From positions 10,044,001-10,108,000 of the forward strand of contig OZ059898.1 of assembly GCA_964057225.1 (NCBI GenBank): 64,000 nt of DNA, given 5' to 3'. This DNA is from Auanema rhodensis. Taxonomy: Eukaryota > Animalia > Nematoda. Positions 21,275-35,512 of this stretch are shown in pieces; the stretch's first letter is position 1; each line of letters starts with the position of its first letter. Position numbers and translations under genes: made by a program. The notes under the pieces were generated by a model that saw only the letters and a list, made by a program, of their open reading frames with translations, was not told the DNA's origin and did not search any database.

Positions 21275-21478
21275 AAAGGAACTTTTGAAAGATTCCCAGT
21301 ATGATATATGATATATTATTTTGTAATTACATTGTTTTCCTTTATTTTTTTCTCATAAAATTGTTCTGTATTATCAGTATTCTTTTATTTTTTGAAACAT
21401 TTCATACAACTTTCACATTTGCATGGAATTTCACTTTCTCGATGTAGCTGAGGTCAGCTACTTTTTCGATATTAGGCA

Positions 21479-21891
21479 TGTTCCATACGTGTCCTATAAG
21501 TAGAGCGATTGACAACGTCAATCGCTTATAAAACGGAACATTATAAAAACAAATAGCTGACGCTACATTTGAGAAACAGGAATTCAATGCAACAATGAAC
21601 GAACACTTTTTCATATTAAGTTTAATTAAAGAAAGCCCAATTCAAGCGGAACCAAGTTCCGCGGACCTGATATAACCACTTTTTATGCTCGTAAGGAATA
21701 CTATATAAGGTTTCCTTACGAATCCTTTGGGCTGCGACTAGGAATCATTATGTAACTTTTATTATTGTAATTTGTATACTTTATCATGAATAAACCTTTC
21801 TCTCTATACTCTTTATCATTTATATTTGGAAGAAAAGAAAGTAATTCCATGTGGTTACCCAGCCGGAACCCTGGGGAACCACCATGGAACG
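21479..21891 (+). repeat. 3' LTR of element 1
   Basis: Direct repeat of 9643-10055. Confidence 0.96.
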
Positions 21892-23324
21892 AGAAAATTG
21901 TAAGTTTCAGAAAATAATTAAAAATAAGTTCTCTCTACTATTAACTGATTGTCGGCTAAAATATGGTAACAGTTTTTATGAAAAGTTTCCATGATTAGGA
22001 TTAAACAAAAAAAAGAATTAAAAAGAAACACTTCTTGTTTACTTACTTGATTATACTACTTGAAATTCGAAAAAAAGTAAAAAACAATTGAGAAAGCGAC
22101 ATAAACAGTTGAACGATTTGAAGAGAATTGTAAGTTTAAGAAAAGATTTAAAGTTTAGCTTTGTCTACTATTAACTGATTATCGGCTGAAATATGGTGAC
22201 AGTTTTTTATTAAAAGTTTCCATGATTAAGATTAAACAAAGAAAAAAAAATCAAAGAGAAACACTTCTTGTTTACTTATTTGATTATAACACTTGAAATT
22301 CCAACAAAAGTAAAGTAAAACTGTTAAAGCGAGTAAAACTGTTGAACGATTTGAAGACAATTGTAAGTTGAAGAAAAAAATTAAAGTTTAGCTCTCTCTA
22401 CTATTAACTGAATGTCGGCTGAAATAAGGTAACAGTTTTTATGAAAAGTTTCCATGATTAGGATTAAACAAAGAAAAAAGAATCAAAGAGAAACACTTCT
22501 TGTTTACTTATTTGATTATAATACTTGAAATTCCAAAAACAGAAGAATAAAATAGAGAAAGAGACGAAAAAAGTTGAACGATTTGAAGAGAATTGTGAGT
22601 TTTAGAAAAGAATTAAAGTTTAGCTTTGTCTACTATTAACTGATTATCGGCTGAAATATGGTGACAGTTTTTTTTTAAAAGTTTCCATGATTAAGATTAA
22701 TCAAAGAAAAAAAAATCAAAGAGAAACACTTCTTGTTTACTAATTTGATTATAACACTTGAAATTCCAACAAAAGTAAAGTAAAACTGTTAAAGCGAGTA
22801 AAACTGTTGAACAATTTGAAGACAATTGTAAGTTGAAGAATAAAATTAAAGTTTAGCTCTCTCTACTATTAACTGAATGTCGGCTAAAATATGGTAACAG
22901 TTTTTATTAAAAGTTTCCATGATTAGGATTAAACAAAGAAAAAAAATCAAAGAGAAAAACTTCTTGTTTACTAATTTGATTATAACACTTGAAATTCCAA
23001 CAAAAGTAAAATAAAACTGTGAAAGCGGGTAAAACTGTTGAACAATTTGAAGACAATTGTAAGTTGAAGAATAAAATTAAAGTTTAGCTCTCTCTACTAT
23101 TAACTGAATGTCGGCTAAAATATGGTAACAGTTTTTATTAAAAGTTTCCATGATTAAGATTAAACAAAGAAAAAAAATCAAAGAGAAACACTTCTTGTTT
23201 ACTAATTTGATTATAACACTTGAAATTCCAACAAAAGTAAAATAAAACTGTGAAAGCGGGTAAAACTGTTGAACTAAAACAGTCTTTATAAAATATAAAT
23301 GATATTTTTTTATAAAAGTGAAGT

Positions 23325-23395
23325 TGCATAGGCCGGGAATCGAACCCGGGTCGCCCGCGTGGCAGGCGAGCATTCTACCACTGAACCACCGATGC
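23325..23395 (-). tRNA. tRNA-Gly: tRNA-Gly(GCC), G68U acceptor-stem variant
   Basis: Plus strand tgcatAggcc instead of tgcatCggcc. Confidence 0.9.
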
Positions 23396-24190
23396 TTCGA
23401 AAATGTTAGATTGTTTCCGAAAAATTATGAAAAGTCAAGTTCTACTGATTTGAAGAAAATTGTAAGTTTTAGAAAATAATTAAAAATAAGTTCAGTCTAC
23501 TATTAACTGATTGTCGGCTAAAATATGGTAACAGTTTTTATGAAAAGTTTCCATGATTAGGATTAAACAAAAAAAAGAATTAAAAAAAAACACTTCTTGT
23601 TTACTTACTTGATTATACTACTTGAAATTCGAAAAAAAGTAAAAAACAATTGAGAAAGCGACATAAACAGTTGAACGATTTGAAGAGAATTGTAAGTTTA
23701 AGAAAAGATTTAAAGTTTAGCTTCGTCTACTATTAACTGATTATCGGCTGAAATATGGTGACAGTTTTTTATTAAAAGTTTCCATGATTAAGATTAAACA
23801 AAGAAAAAAAAATCAAAGAGAAACACTTCTTGTTTACTTATTTGATTATAACACTTGAAATTCCAACAAAAGTAAAGTAAAACTGTTAAAGCGAGTAAAA
23901 CTGTTGAACGATTTGAAGACAATTGTAAGTTGAAGAAAAAAATTAAAGTTTAGCTCTCTCTACTATTAACTGAATGTCGGCTGAAATGAGGTAACAGTTT
24001 TTATTAAAAGTTTCCATGATTTAGATTAAACAAAGAAAAAAAATCAAAGAGAAACACTTCTTGTTTACTAATTTGATTATAACACTTGAAAATCCAACAA
24101 AAGTAAAATAAAACTGTGAAAGCGGGTAAAACTGTTGAACTAAAACAGTCTTTATAAAATATAAATGATATATTTTTATAAAAGTGAAGT

Positions 24191-24261
24191 TGCATCGGCC
24201 GGGAATCGAACCCGGGTCGCCCGCGTGGCAGGCGAGCATTCTACCACTGAACCACCGATGC
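24191..24261 (-). tRNA. tRNA-Gly: tRNA-Gly(GCC)
   Basis: Same 71-nt gene. Confidence 0.97.
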
Positions 24262-25751
24262 TTCGAAAATGTTAGATTGTTTCCGAAAAATTATGAAAAG
24301 TCAAGTTCTACTGATTTGAAGAAAATTGTAAGTTTTAGAAAATAATTAAAAATTAGTTCTCTCTACTATTAACTGATTGTCGGCTAAAATATGGTAACAG
24401 TTTTTATGAAAAGTTTCCATGATTAGGATTAAACAAAAAAAAGAATTAAAAAGAAACACTTCTTGTTTACTTACTTGATTATACTACTTGAAATTCGAAA
24501 AAAAGTAAAAAACAATTGAGAAAGCGACATAAACAGTTGAACGATTTGAAGAGAATTGTAAGTTTAAGAAAAGATTTAAAGTTTAGCTTTGTCTACTATT
24601 AACTGATTATCGGCTGAAATATGGTGACAGTTTTTTATTAAAAGTTTCCATGATTAAGATTAAACAAAGAAAAAAAAATCAAAGAGAAACACTTCTTGTT
24701 TACTTATTTGATTATAACACTTGAAATTCCAACAAAAGTAAAGTAAAACTGTTAAAGCGAGTAAAACTGTTGAACGATTTGAAGACAATTGTAAGTTGAA
24801 GAAAAAAATTAAAGTTTAGCTCTCTCTACTATTAACTGAATGTCGGCTGAAATAAGGTAACAGTTTTTATGAAAAGTTTCCATGATTAGGATTAAACAAA
24901 GAAAAAAGAATCAAAGAGAAACACTTCTTGTTTACTTATTTGATTATAATACTTGAAATTCCAAAAACAGAAGAATAAATAGAGAAAGAGACGAAAAAAG
25001 TTGAACGATTTGAAGAGAATTGTGAGTTTTAGAAAAGAATTAAAGTTTAGCTTTGTCTACTATTAACTGATTATCGGCTGAAATATGGTGACAGTTTTTT
25101 TTTAAAAGTTTCCATGATTAAGATTAATCAAAGAAAAAAAAATCAAAGAGAAACACTTCTTGTTTACTAATTTGATTATAACACTTGAAATTCCAACAAA
25201 AGTAAAGTAAAACTGTTAAAGCGAGTAAAACTGTTGAACAATTTGAAGACAATTGTAAGTTGAAGAATAAAATTAAAGTTTAGCTCTCTCTACTATTAAC
25301 TGAATGTCGGCTAAAATATGGTAACAGTTTTTATTAAAAGTTTCCATGATTAAGATTAAACAAAGAAAAAAAATCAAAGAGAAAAACTTCTTGTTTACTA
25401 ATTTGATTATAACACTTGAAATTCCAACAAAAGTAAAATAAAACTGTGAAAGCGGGTAAAACTGTTGAACAATTTGAAGACAATTGTAAGTTGAAGAATA
25501 AAATTAAAGTTTAGCTCTCTCTACTATTAACTGAATGTCGGCTAAAATATGGTAACAGTTTTTATTAAAAGTTTCCATGATTAAGATTAAACAAAGAAAA
25601 AAAATCAAAGAGAAACACTTCTTGTTTACTAATTTGATTATAACACTTGAAATTCCAACAAAAGTAAAATAAAACTGTGAAAGCGGGTAAAACTGTTGAA
25701 CTAAAACAGTCTTTATAAAATATAAATGATATTTTTTTATAAAAGTGAAGT

Positions 25752-25822
25752 TGCATAGGCCGGGAATCGAACCCGGGTCGCCCGCGTGGCAGGCGAGCAT
25801 TCTACCACTGAACCACCGATGC
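25752..25822 (-). tRNA. tRNA-Gly: tRNA-Gly(GCC), G68U acceptor-stem variant
   Basis: Plus strand tgcatAggcc. Confidence 0.9.
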
Positions 25823-26386
25823 TTCGAAAATGTTAGATTGTTTCCGAAAAATTATGAAAAGTCAAGTTCTACTGATTTGAAGAAAATTGTAAGTTTTAGA
25901 AAATAATTAAAAATAAGTTCAGTCTACTATTAACTGATTGTCGGCTAAAATATGGTAACAGTTTTTATGAAAAGTTTCCATGATTAGGATTAAACAAAAA
26001 AAAGAATTAAAAAAAAACACTTCTTGTTTACTTACTTGATTATACTACTTGAAATTCGAAAAAAAGTAAAAAACAATTGAGAAAGCGACATAAACAGTTG
26101 AACGATTTGAAGAGAATTGTAAGTTTAAGAAAAGATTTAAAGTTTAGCTTCGTCTACTATTAACTGATTATCGGCTGAAATATGGTGACAGTTTTTTATT
26201 AAAAGTTTCCATGATTAAGATTAAGCAAAGAAAAAAAAATCAAAGAGAAACACTTCTTGTTTACTTATTTGATTATAACACTTGAAATTCCAACAAAAGT
26301 AAAATAAAACTGTGAAAGCGGGTAAAACTGTTGAACTAAAACAGTCTTTATAAAATATAAATGATATATTTTTATAAAAGTGAAGT

Positions 26387-26457
26387 TGCATCGGCCGGGA
26401 ATCGAACCCGGGTCGCCCGCGTGGCAGGCGAGCATTCTACCACTGAACCACCGATGC
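26387..26457 (-). tRNA. tRNA-Gly: tRNA-Gly(GCC)
   Basis: Same 71-nt gene. Confidence 0.97.
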
Positions 26458-27482
26458 TTCGAAAATGTTAGATTGTTTCCGAAAAATTATGAAAAGTCAA
26501 GTTCTACTGATTTGAAGAAAATTGTAAGTTTTAGAAAATAATTAAAAATTAGTTCTCTCTACTATTAACTGATTGTCGGCTAAAATATGGTAACAGTTTT
26601 TATAAAAAGTTTCCATGATTAGGATGAAACAAAAAAAAGAATTAAAGAGAAACACTTTTTGTTTACTTATTTGATTATAATACTTGAAATTCCAAAAACA
26701 GTAGAATAAAATTGAGAAATCGACAAAAACAGTTGAACGATTTGAAGAGAATCGTAAGTTTTAGAAAAGAATTAAAGTTCAGCTATCTCTACTATTAACT
26801 GACTATCGGCTAGAATAAGGTAACAGTTTTTATTGAAAGTTTCCATGATTAAGATTGAACAAAAAAAAAATTAGAGAGAAACACTTCTTGTTTACTTACT
26901 TGATTATAATACTTGAAATTCCAAAAACAGTAAAATAAAATTGAGAAAGCGACAAAAACAGTTGAACGATTTGAAGACAATTGTAAGTTTAAGAAAAGAA
27001 TTAAAGTTTAGCTTTGTCTACTATTAACTGATTATCGGCTGAAATATGGTGACAGTTTTTTTTAAAAAGTTTCTATGATTAAGATTAAACAAAGAAAAAA
27101 AAATCAAAGAGAAACACTTCTTGTTTACTAATTTGATTATAACACTTGAAATTCCAACAAAAGTAAAGTAAAACTGTTAAAGCGAGTAAAACTGTTGAAC
27201 AATTTGAAGACAATTGTAAGTTGAAAAAAAAAATTAAAGTTTAGCTCTCTCTACTATTAACTGAATGTCGGCTAAAATATGATAACAGTTTTTATTAAAA
27301 GTTTTCATGATTAAGATTAAACAAAGAAAAAAAAATCAAAGAGAAACACTTCTTGTTTACTAATTTGATTATAACACTTGAAATTCCAACAAAAGTAAAA
27401 TAAAACTGTGAAAGCGGGTAAAACTGTTAAACTAAAACAGTCTTTATAAAATATAAATGATATTTTTTTATAAAAGTGAAGT

Positions 27483-27553
27483 TGCATCGGCCGGGAATCG
27501 AACCCGGGTCGCCCGCGTGGCAGGCGAGCATTCTACCACTGAACCACCGATGC
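27483..27553 (-). tRNA. tRNA-Gly: tRNA-Gly(GCC)
   Basis: Same 71-nt gene. Confidence 0.97.
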
Positions 27554-29268
27554 TTCGAAAATGTTAGATTGTTTCCGAAAAATTATGAAAAGTCAAGTTC
27601 TACTGATTTGAAGAGAATTGTAAGTTTTAGAAAATAATTAAAAATAAGTTCTCTCTACTATTAACTGATTGTCGGCTAAAATGAGGTAACAGTTTTTATT
27701 GAAAGTTTCCATGATTAGGATTAAACAAAAAAAAGAATTAAAAAGAAACACTTCTTGTTTACTTACTTGATTATACTACTTGAAATTCGAAAAAATGTAA
27801 AAAACAATTGAGAAAGCGACATAAACAGTTGAACGATTTGAAGAGAATTGTAAGTTTAAGAAAAGAATTAAAGTTTAGCTTTGTCTACTATTAACTGATT
27901 ATCGGCTGAAATATGGTGACAGTTTTTTATTAAAAGTTTCCATGATTAAGATTAAACAAAGAAGAAAAAATCAAAGAGAGACACTTCTTGTTTAGTTATT
28001 TGATTATAATACTTGAAATTCCAAAAACAGTAGAATAAAATAGAGAAAGCGACGAAAAAAGTTGAACGATTTGAAGAGAATTGTAAGTTTTAGAAAAGAA
28101 TTAAAGTTCAGCTATCTCTACTATTAACTGAATGTCGGCTGAAATATGATAACAGTTTTTTTGAAAAGTTTCCATGATTAAGATTAAAGAAAGAAAAAAA
28201 ATCAAAGAGAAACACTTCTTGTTTACTTATTTGATTATAATACTTGAAATTCCAAAAACAGTAGAATAAAATAGAGAAAGCGACGAAAAAAGTTGAACGA
28301 TTTGAAGAGAATTGTAAGTTTTAGAAAATAATTAAAAATAAGTTCTCTCTACTATTAACTGATTGTCGGCTAAAATATGGTAACAGTTTTTATAAAAAGT
28401 TTCCATGATTAGGATTAAACAAAAAAAAGAATTAAAGAGAAACACTTTTTGTTTACTTATTTGATAATAATACTTGAAATTCCAAAAACAGTAGAATAAA
28501 ATTGAGAAAGAGACGAAAAAAGTTGAACGATTTGAAGACAATTGTAAGTTTAAGAAAAGAATTAAAGTTTAGCTTTGTCTACTATTAACTGATTATCGGC
28601 TAGAATAAGGTAACAGTTTTTATTGAAAGTTTCCATGATTAAGATTGAACAAAAAAAAATTAGAGAGAAACACTTCTTGTTTACTTACTTGATTATAATA
28701 CTTGAAATTCCAAAAACAGTAAAATAAAATTGAGAAAGCGACAAAAACAGTTGAACGATTTGAAGACAATTGTAAGTTTAAGAAAAGAATTAAAGTTTAG
28801 CTTTGTCTACTATTAACTGATTATCGGCTGAAATATGGTGACAGTTTTTTTTTAAAAGTTTCCATGATTAAGATTAAACAAAGAAAAAAAATCAAAGAGA
28901 AACACTTCTTGTTTACTAATTTGATTATAACACTTGAAATTCCAACAAAAGTAAAATAAAACTGTGAAAGCGGGTAAAACTGTTGAACAATTTGAAGACA
29001 ATTGTAACTTGAAGAATAAAATTAAAGTTTAGCTCTCTCTACTATTAACTGAATGTCGGCTAAAATATGGTAACAGTTTTTATTAAAAGTTTCCATGATT
29101 AAGATTAAACAAAGAAAAAAATCAAAGAGAAACACTTCTTGTTTACTAATTTGATTATAACACTTGAAAATCCAACAAAAGTAAAATAAAACTGTAAAAG
29201 CGAGTAAAACTGTTGCAATAAAACAGTTTTTATTTTATATAAATGATATTTTTTTATAAAAATGAAGT

Positions 29269-29339
29269 TGCATCGGCCGGGAATCGAACCCGGGTCGCCC
29301 GCGTGGCAGGCGAGCATTCTACCACTGAACCACCGATGC
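29269..29339 (-). tRNA. tRNA-Gly: tRNA-Gly(GCC)
   Basis: Same 71-nt gene. Confidence 0.97.
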
Positions 29340-30828
29340 TTCGAAAATGTTAGATTGTTTCCGAAAAATCATGAAAAGTCAAGTTCTACTGATTTGAAGA
29401 AAATTGTAAGTTTTAGAAAATAATTAAAAATAAGTTCTCTCTACTATTAACTGATTGTCGGCTAAAATATGGTAACAGTTTTTATGAAAAGTTTCCATGA
29501 TTAGGATTAAACAAAAAAAAGAATTAAAAAGAAACACTTCTTGTTTACTTACTTGATTATACTACTTGAAATTCGAAAAAAAGTAAAAAACAATTGAGAA
29601 AGCGACATAAACAGTTGAACGATTTGAAGAGAATTGTAAGTTTAAGAAAAGATTTAAAGTTTAGCTTTGTCTACTATTAACTGATTATCGGCTGAAATAT
29701 GGTGACAGTTTTTTATTAAAAGTTTCCATGATTAAGATTAAACAAAGAAAAAAAAATCAAAGAGAAACACTTCTTGTTTACTTATTTGATTATAACACTT
29801 GAAATTCCAACAAAAGTAAAGTAAAACTGTTAAAGCGAGTAAAACTGTTGAACGATTTGAAGACAATTGTAAGTTGAAAAAAAAAATTAAAGTTTAGCTC
29901 TCTCTACTATTAACTGAATGTCGGCTGAAATGAGGTAACAGTTTTTATTAAAAGTTTCCATGATTTAGATTAAACAAAGAAAAAAATCAAAGAGAAACAC
30001 TTCTTGTTTACTTATTTGATTATAATACTTGAAATTCCAAAAACAGAAGAATAAAATAGAGAAAGAGACGAAAAAAGTTGAACGATTTGAAGAGAATTGT
30101 GAGTTTTAGAAAAGAATTAAAGTTTAGCTTTGTCTACTATTAACTGATTATCGGCTGAAATATGGTGACAGTTTTTTTTCAAAAGTTTCCATGATTAAGA
30201 TTAATCAAAGAAAAAAAAATCAAAGAGAAACACTTCTTGTTTACTAATTTGATTATAACACTTGAAATTCCAACAAAAGTAAAGTAAAACTGTTAAAGCG
30301 AGTAAAACTGTTGAACAATTTGAAGACAATTGTAAGTTGAAGAATAAAATTAAAGTTTAGCTCTCTCTACTATTAACTGAATGTCGACTAAAATATGGTA
30401 ACAGTTTTTATTAAAAGTTTCCATGATTAAGATTAAACAAAGAAAAAAAATCAAAGAGAAAAACTTCTTGTTTACTAATTTGATTATAACACTTGAAATT
30501 CCAACAAAAGTAAAATAAAACTGTGAAAGCGGGTAAAACTGTTGAACAATTTGAAGACAATTGTAAGTTGAAGAATAAAATTAAAGTTTAGCTCTCTCTA
30601 CTATTAACTGAATGTCGGCTAAAATATGGTAACAGTTTTTATTAAAAGTTTCCATGATTAAGATTAAACAAAGAAAAAAAATCAAAGAGAAACACTTCTT
30701 GTTTACTAATTTGATTATAACACTTGAAATTCCAACAAAAGTAAAATAAAACTGTGAAAGCGGGTAAAACTGTTGAACTAAAACAGTCTTTATAAAATAT
30801 AAATGATATTTTTTTATAAAAGTGAAGT

Positions 30829-30899
30829 TGCATCGGCCGGGAATCGAACCCGGGTCGCCCGCGTGGCAGGCGAGCATTCTACCACTGAACCACCGATGC
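30829..30899 (-). tRNA. tRNA-Gly: tRNA-Gly(GCC)
   Basis: Same 71-nt gene. Confidence 0.97.
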
Positions 30900-31694
30900 T
30901 TCGAAAATGTTAGATTGTTTCCGAAAAATTATGAAAAGTCAAGTTCTACTGATTTGAAGAAAATTGTAAGTTTTAGAAAATAATTAAAAATAAGTTCTCT
31001 CTACTATTAACTGATTGTCGGCTAAAATATGGTAACAGTTTTTATGAAAAGTTTCCATGATTAGGATTAAACAAAAAAAAGAATTAAAAAAAAACACTTC
31101 TTGTTTACTTACTTGATTATACTACTTGAAATTCGAAAAAAAGTAAAAAACAATTGAGAAAGCGACATAAACAGTTGAACGATTTGAAGAGAATTGTAAG
31201 TTTAAGAAAAGATTTAAAGTTTAGCTTCGTCTACTATTAACTGATTATCGGCTGAAATATGGTGACAGTTTTTTATTAAAAGTTTCCATGATTAAGATTA
31301 AACAAAGAAAAAAAAATCAAAGAGAAACACTTCTTGTTTACTTATTTGATTATAACACTTGAAATTCCAACAAAAGTAAAGTAAAACTGTTAAAGCGAGT
31401 AAAACTGTTGAACGATTTGAAGACAATTGTAAGTTGAAGAAAAAAATTAAAGTTTAGCTCTCTCTACTATTAACTGAATGTCGGCTGAAATGAGGTAACA
31501 GTTTTTATTAAAAGTTTCCATGATTTAGATTAAACAAAGAAAAAAAATCAAAGAGAAACACTTCTTGTTTACTAATTTGATTATAACACTTGAAAATCCA
31601 ACAAAAGTAGAATAAAACTGTGAAAGCGGGTAAAACTGTTGAACTAAAACAGTCTTTATAAAATATAAATGATATATTTTTATAAAAGTGAAGT

Positions 31695-31765
31695 TGCATC
31701 GGCCGGGAATCGAACCTGGGTCGCCCGCGTGGCAGGCGAGCATTCTACCACTGAACCACCGATGC
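31695..31765 (-). tRNA. tRNA-Gly: tRNA-Gly(GCC), G51A T-stem variant
   Basis: Plus strand gaaccTggg instead of gaaccCggg. Confidence 0.9.
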
Positions 31766-32788
31766 TTCGAAAATGTTAAATTGTTTCCGAAAAATTATGA
31801 AAAGTCAAGTTCTACTGATTTGAAGAAAATTGTAAGTTTTAGAAAATAATTAAAAATTAGTTCTGTCTACTATTAACTGATTGTCGGCTAAAATATGGTA
31901 ACAGTTTTTATAAAAAGTTTCCATGATTAGGATGAAACAAAAAAAAGAATTAAAGAGAAACACTTTTTGTTTACTTATTTGATTATAATACTTGAAATTC
32001 CAAAAACAGTAGAATAAAATTGAGAAATCGACAAAAACAGTTGAACGATTTGAAGAGAATCGTAAGTTTTAGAAAAGAATTAAAGTTCAGCTATCTCTAC
32101 TATTAACTGACTATCGGCTAGAATAAGGTAACAGTTTTTATTGAAAGTTTCCATGATTAAGATTGAACAAAAAAAAAATTAGAGAGAAACACTTCTTGTT
32201 TACTTACTTGATTATAATACTTGAAATTCCAAAAACAGTAAAATAAAATTGAGAAAGCGACAAAAACAGTTGAACGATTTGAAGACAATTGTAAGTTTAA
32301 GAAAAGAATTAAAGTTTAGCTTTGTCTACTATTAACTGATTATCGGCTGAAATATGGTGACAGTTTTTTTTAAAAAGTTTCTATGATTAAGATTAAACAA
32401 AGAAAAAAAAATCAAAGAAAAACACTTCTTGTTTACTAATTTGATTATAACACTTGAAATTCCAACAAAAGTAAAGTAAAACTGTTAAAGCGAGTAAAAC
32501 TGTTGAACAATTTGAAGACAATTGTAAGTTGAAAAAAAAAATTAAAGTTTAGCTCTCTCTACTATTAACTGAATGTCGGCTAAAATATGATAACAGTTTT
32601 TATTAAAAGTTTTCATGATTAAGATTAAACAAAGAAAAAAATCAAAGAGAAACACTTCTTGTTTACTAATTTGATTATAACACTTGAAATTCCAACAAAA
32701 GTAAAATAAAACTGTGAAAGCGGGTAAAACTGTTGAACTAAAACAGTCTTTATAAAATATAAATGATATTTTTTTATAAAAGTGAAGT

Positions 32789-32859
32789 TGCATCGGCCGG
32801 GAATCGAACCCGGGTCGCCCGCGTGGCAGGCGAGCATTCTACCACTGAACCACCGATGC
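32789..32859 (-). tRNA. tRNA-Gly: tRNA-Gly(GCC)
   Basis: Same 71-nt gene. Confidence 0.97.
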
Positions 32860-34576
32860 TTCGAAAATGTTAGATTGTTTCCGAAAAATTATGAAAAGTC
32901 AAGTTCTACTGATTTGAAGAGAATTGTAAGTTTTAGAAAATAATTAAAAATAAGTTCTCTCTACTATTAACTGATTGTCGGCTAAAATGAGGTAACAGTT
33001 TTTATTGAAAGTTTCCATGATTAGGAGTAAACAAAAAAAAGAATTAAAAAGAAACACTTCTTGTTTACTTACTTGATTATACTACTTGAAATTCGAAAAA
33101 ATGTAAAAAACAATTGAGAAAGCGACATAAACAGTTGAACGATTTGAAGAGAATTGTAAGTTTAAGAAAAGAATTAAAGTTTAGCTTTGTCTACTATTAA
33201 CTGATTATCGGCTGAAATATGGTGACAGTTTTTTATTAAAAGTTTCCATGATTAAGATTAAACAAAGAAGAAAAAATCAAAGAGAGACACTTCTTGTTTA
33301 GTTATTTGATTATAATACTTGAAATTCCAAAAACAGTAGAATAAAATAGAGAAAGCGACGAAAAAAGTTGAACGATTTGAAGAGAATTGTAAGTTTTAGA
33401 AAAGAATTAAAGTTCAGCTATCTCTACTATTAACTGAATGTCGGCTGAAATATGATAACAGTTTTTTTTAAAAGTTTCCATGATTAAGATTAAACAAAGA
33501 AAAAAAATCAAAAAGAAACACTTCTTGTTTACTTATTTGATTATAATACTTGAAATTCCAAAAACAGTAGAATAAAATAGAGAAAGCGACGAAAAAAGTT
33601 GAACGATTTGAAGAGAATTGTAAGTTTTAGAAAATAATTAAAAATAAGTTCTCTCTACTATTAACTGATTGTCGGCTAAAATATGGTAACAGTTTTTATA
33701 AAAAGTTTCCATGATTAGGATTAAACAAAAAAAAGAACTAAAGAGAAACACTTTTTGTTTACTTATTTGATTATAATACTTGAAATTCCAAAAACAGTAG
33801 AATAAAATTGAGAAAGAGACGAAAAAAGTTGAACGATTTGAAGACAATTGTAAGTTTAAGAAAAGAATTAAAGTTTAGCTTTGTCTACTATTAACTGATT
33901 ATCGGCTAGAATAAGGTAACAGTTTTTATTGAAAGTTTCCATGATTAAGATTGAACAAAAAAAAATTAGAGAGAAACACTTCTTGTTTACTTACTTGATT
34001 ATAATACTTGAAATTCCAAAAACAGTAAAATAAAATTGAGAAAGCGACAAAAACAGTTGAACGATTTGAAGACAATTGTAAGTTTAAGAAAAGAATTAAA
34101 GTTTAGCTTTGTCTACTATTAACTGATTATCGGCTGAAATATGGTGACAGTTTTTTTTTAAAAGTTTCCATGATTAAGATTAAACAAAGAAAAAAAAATC
34201 AAAGAGAAACACTTCTTGTTTACTAATTTGATTATAACACTTGAAATTCCAACAAAAGTAAAGTACAACTGTTAAAGCGAGTAAAACTGTTGAACAATTT
34301 GAAGACAATTGTAAGTTGAAAAAAAAAATTAAAGTTTAGCTCTCTCTACTATTAACTGAATGTCGGCTAAAATATAGTAACAGTTTTTATTAAAAGTTCC
34401 CATGATTAAGATTAAACAAAGAAAAAAAATCAAAGAGAAACACTTCTTGTTTACTAATTTGATTATAACACTTGAAATTCCAACAAAAGTAAAATAAAAC
34501 TGTGAAAGCGGGTAAAACTGTTGAACTAAAACAGTCTTTATAAAATATAAATGATATTTTTTTATAAAAGTGAAGT

Positions 34577-34647
34577 TGCATCGGCCGGGAATCGAACCCG
34601 GGTCGCCCGCGTGGCAGGCGAGCATTCTACCACTGAACCACCGATGC
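34577..34647 (-). tRNA. tRNA-Gly: tRNA-Gly(GCC)
   Basis: Same 71-nt gene. Confidence 0.97.
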
Positions 34648-35441
34648 TTCGAAAATGTTAGATTGTTTCCGAAAAATTATGAAAAGTCAAGTTCTACTGA
34701 TTTGAAGAGAATTGTAAGTTTTAGAAAAGAATTAAAGTTCAGCTATCTCTACTATTAACTGACTATCGGCTAGAATAAGGTAACAGTTTTTATTGAAAGT
34801 TTCCATGATTAAGATTGAACAAAAAAAAAATTAGAGAGAAACACTTCTTGTTTACTTACTTGATTATAATACTTGAAATTCCAAAAACAGTAAAATAAAA
34901 TTGAGAAAGCGACAAAAACAGTTGAACGATTTGAAGACAATTGTAAGTTTAAGAAAAGAATTAAAGTTTAGCTTTGTCTACTATTAACTGATTATCGGCT
35001 GAAATATGGTGACAGTTTTTTTTTAAAAGTTTCCATGATTAAGATTAAACAAAGAAAAAAAAATCAAAGAGAAACACTTCTTGTTTACTAATTTGATTAT
35101 AACACTTGAAATTCCAACAAAAGTAAAGTAAAACTGTTAAAGCGAGTAAAACTGTTGAACAATTTGAAGACAATTGTAAGTTTAAGAAAAAAATTAAAGT
35201 TTAGCTCTCTCTACTATTAACTGAATGTCGGCTAAAATATAGTAACAGTTTTTATTAAAAGTTTCCATGATTAAGATTAAACAAAGAAAAAAAACCAAAG
35301 AGAAACACTTCTTGTTTACTAATTTGATTATAACACTTGAAATTCCAACAAAAGTAAAATAAAACTGTGAAAGCGGGTAAAACTGTTGAACTAAAACAGT
35401 CTTTATAAAATATAAATGATATTTTTTTATAAAAGTGAAGT

Positions 35442-35512
35442 TGCATCGGCCGGGAATCGAACCCGGGTCGCCCGCGTGGCAGGCGAGCATTCTACCACTG
35501 AACCACCGATGC
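35442..35512 (-). tRNA. tRNA-Gly: tRNA-Gly(GCC)
   Basis: Same 71-nt gene. Confidence 0.97.

Larger units (their letters stand above)
9643..21891 (+). mobile_element. Full-length Ty3/Gypsy LTR retroelement with internal env (element 1, 12.25 kb)
   Basis: Two 413-bp direct repeats, PBS, PR-RT-RH-IN order, 4-bp TSD AGAA (9639-9642 and 21892-21895) that restores the satellite sequence tttgaagaaaattgtaag. Confidence 0.97.
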
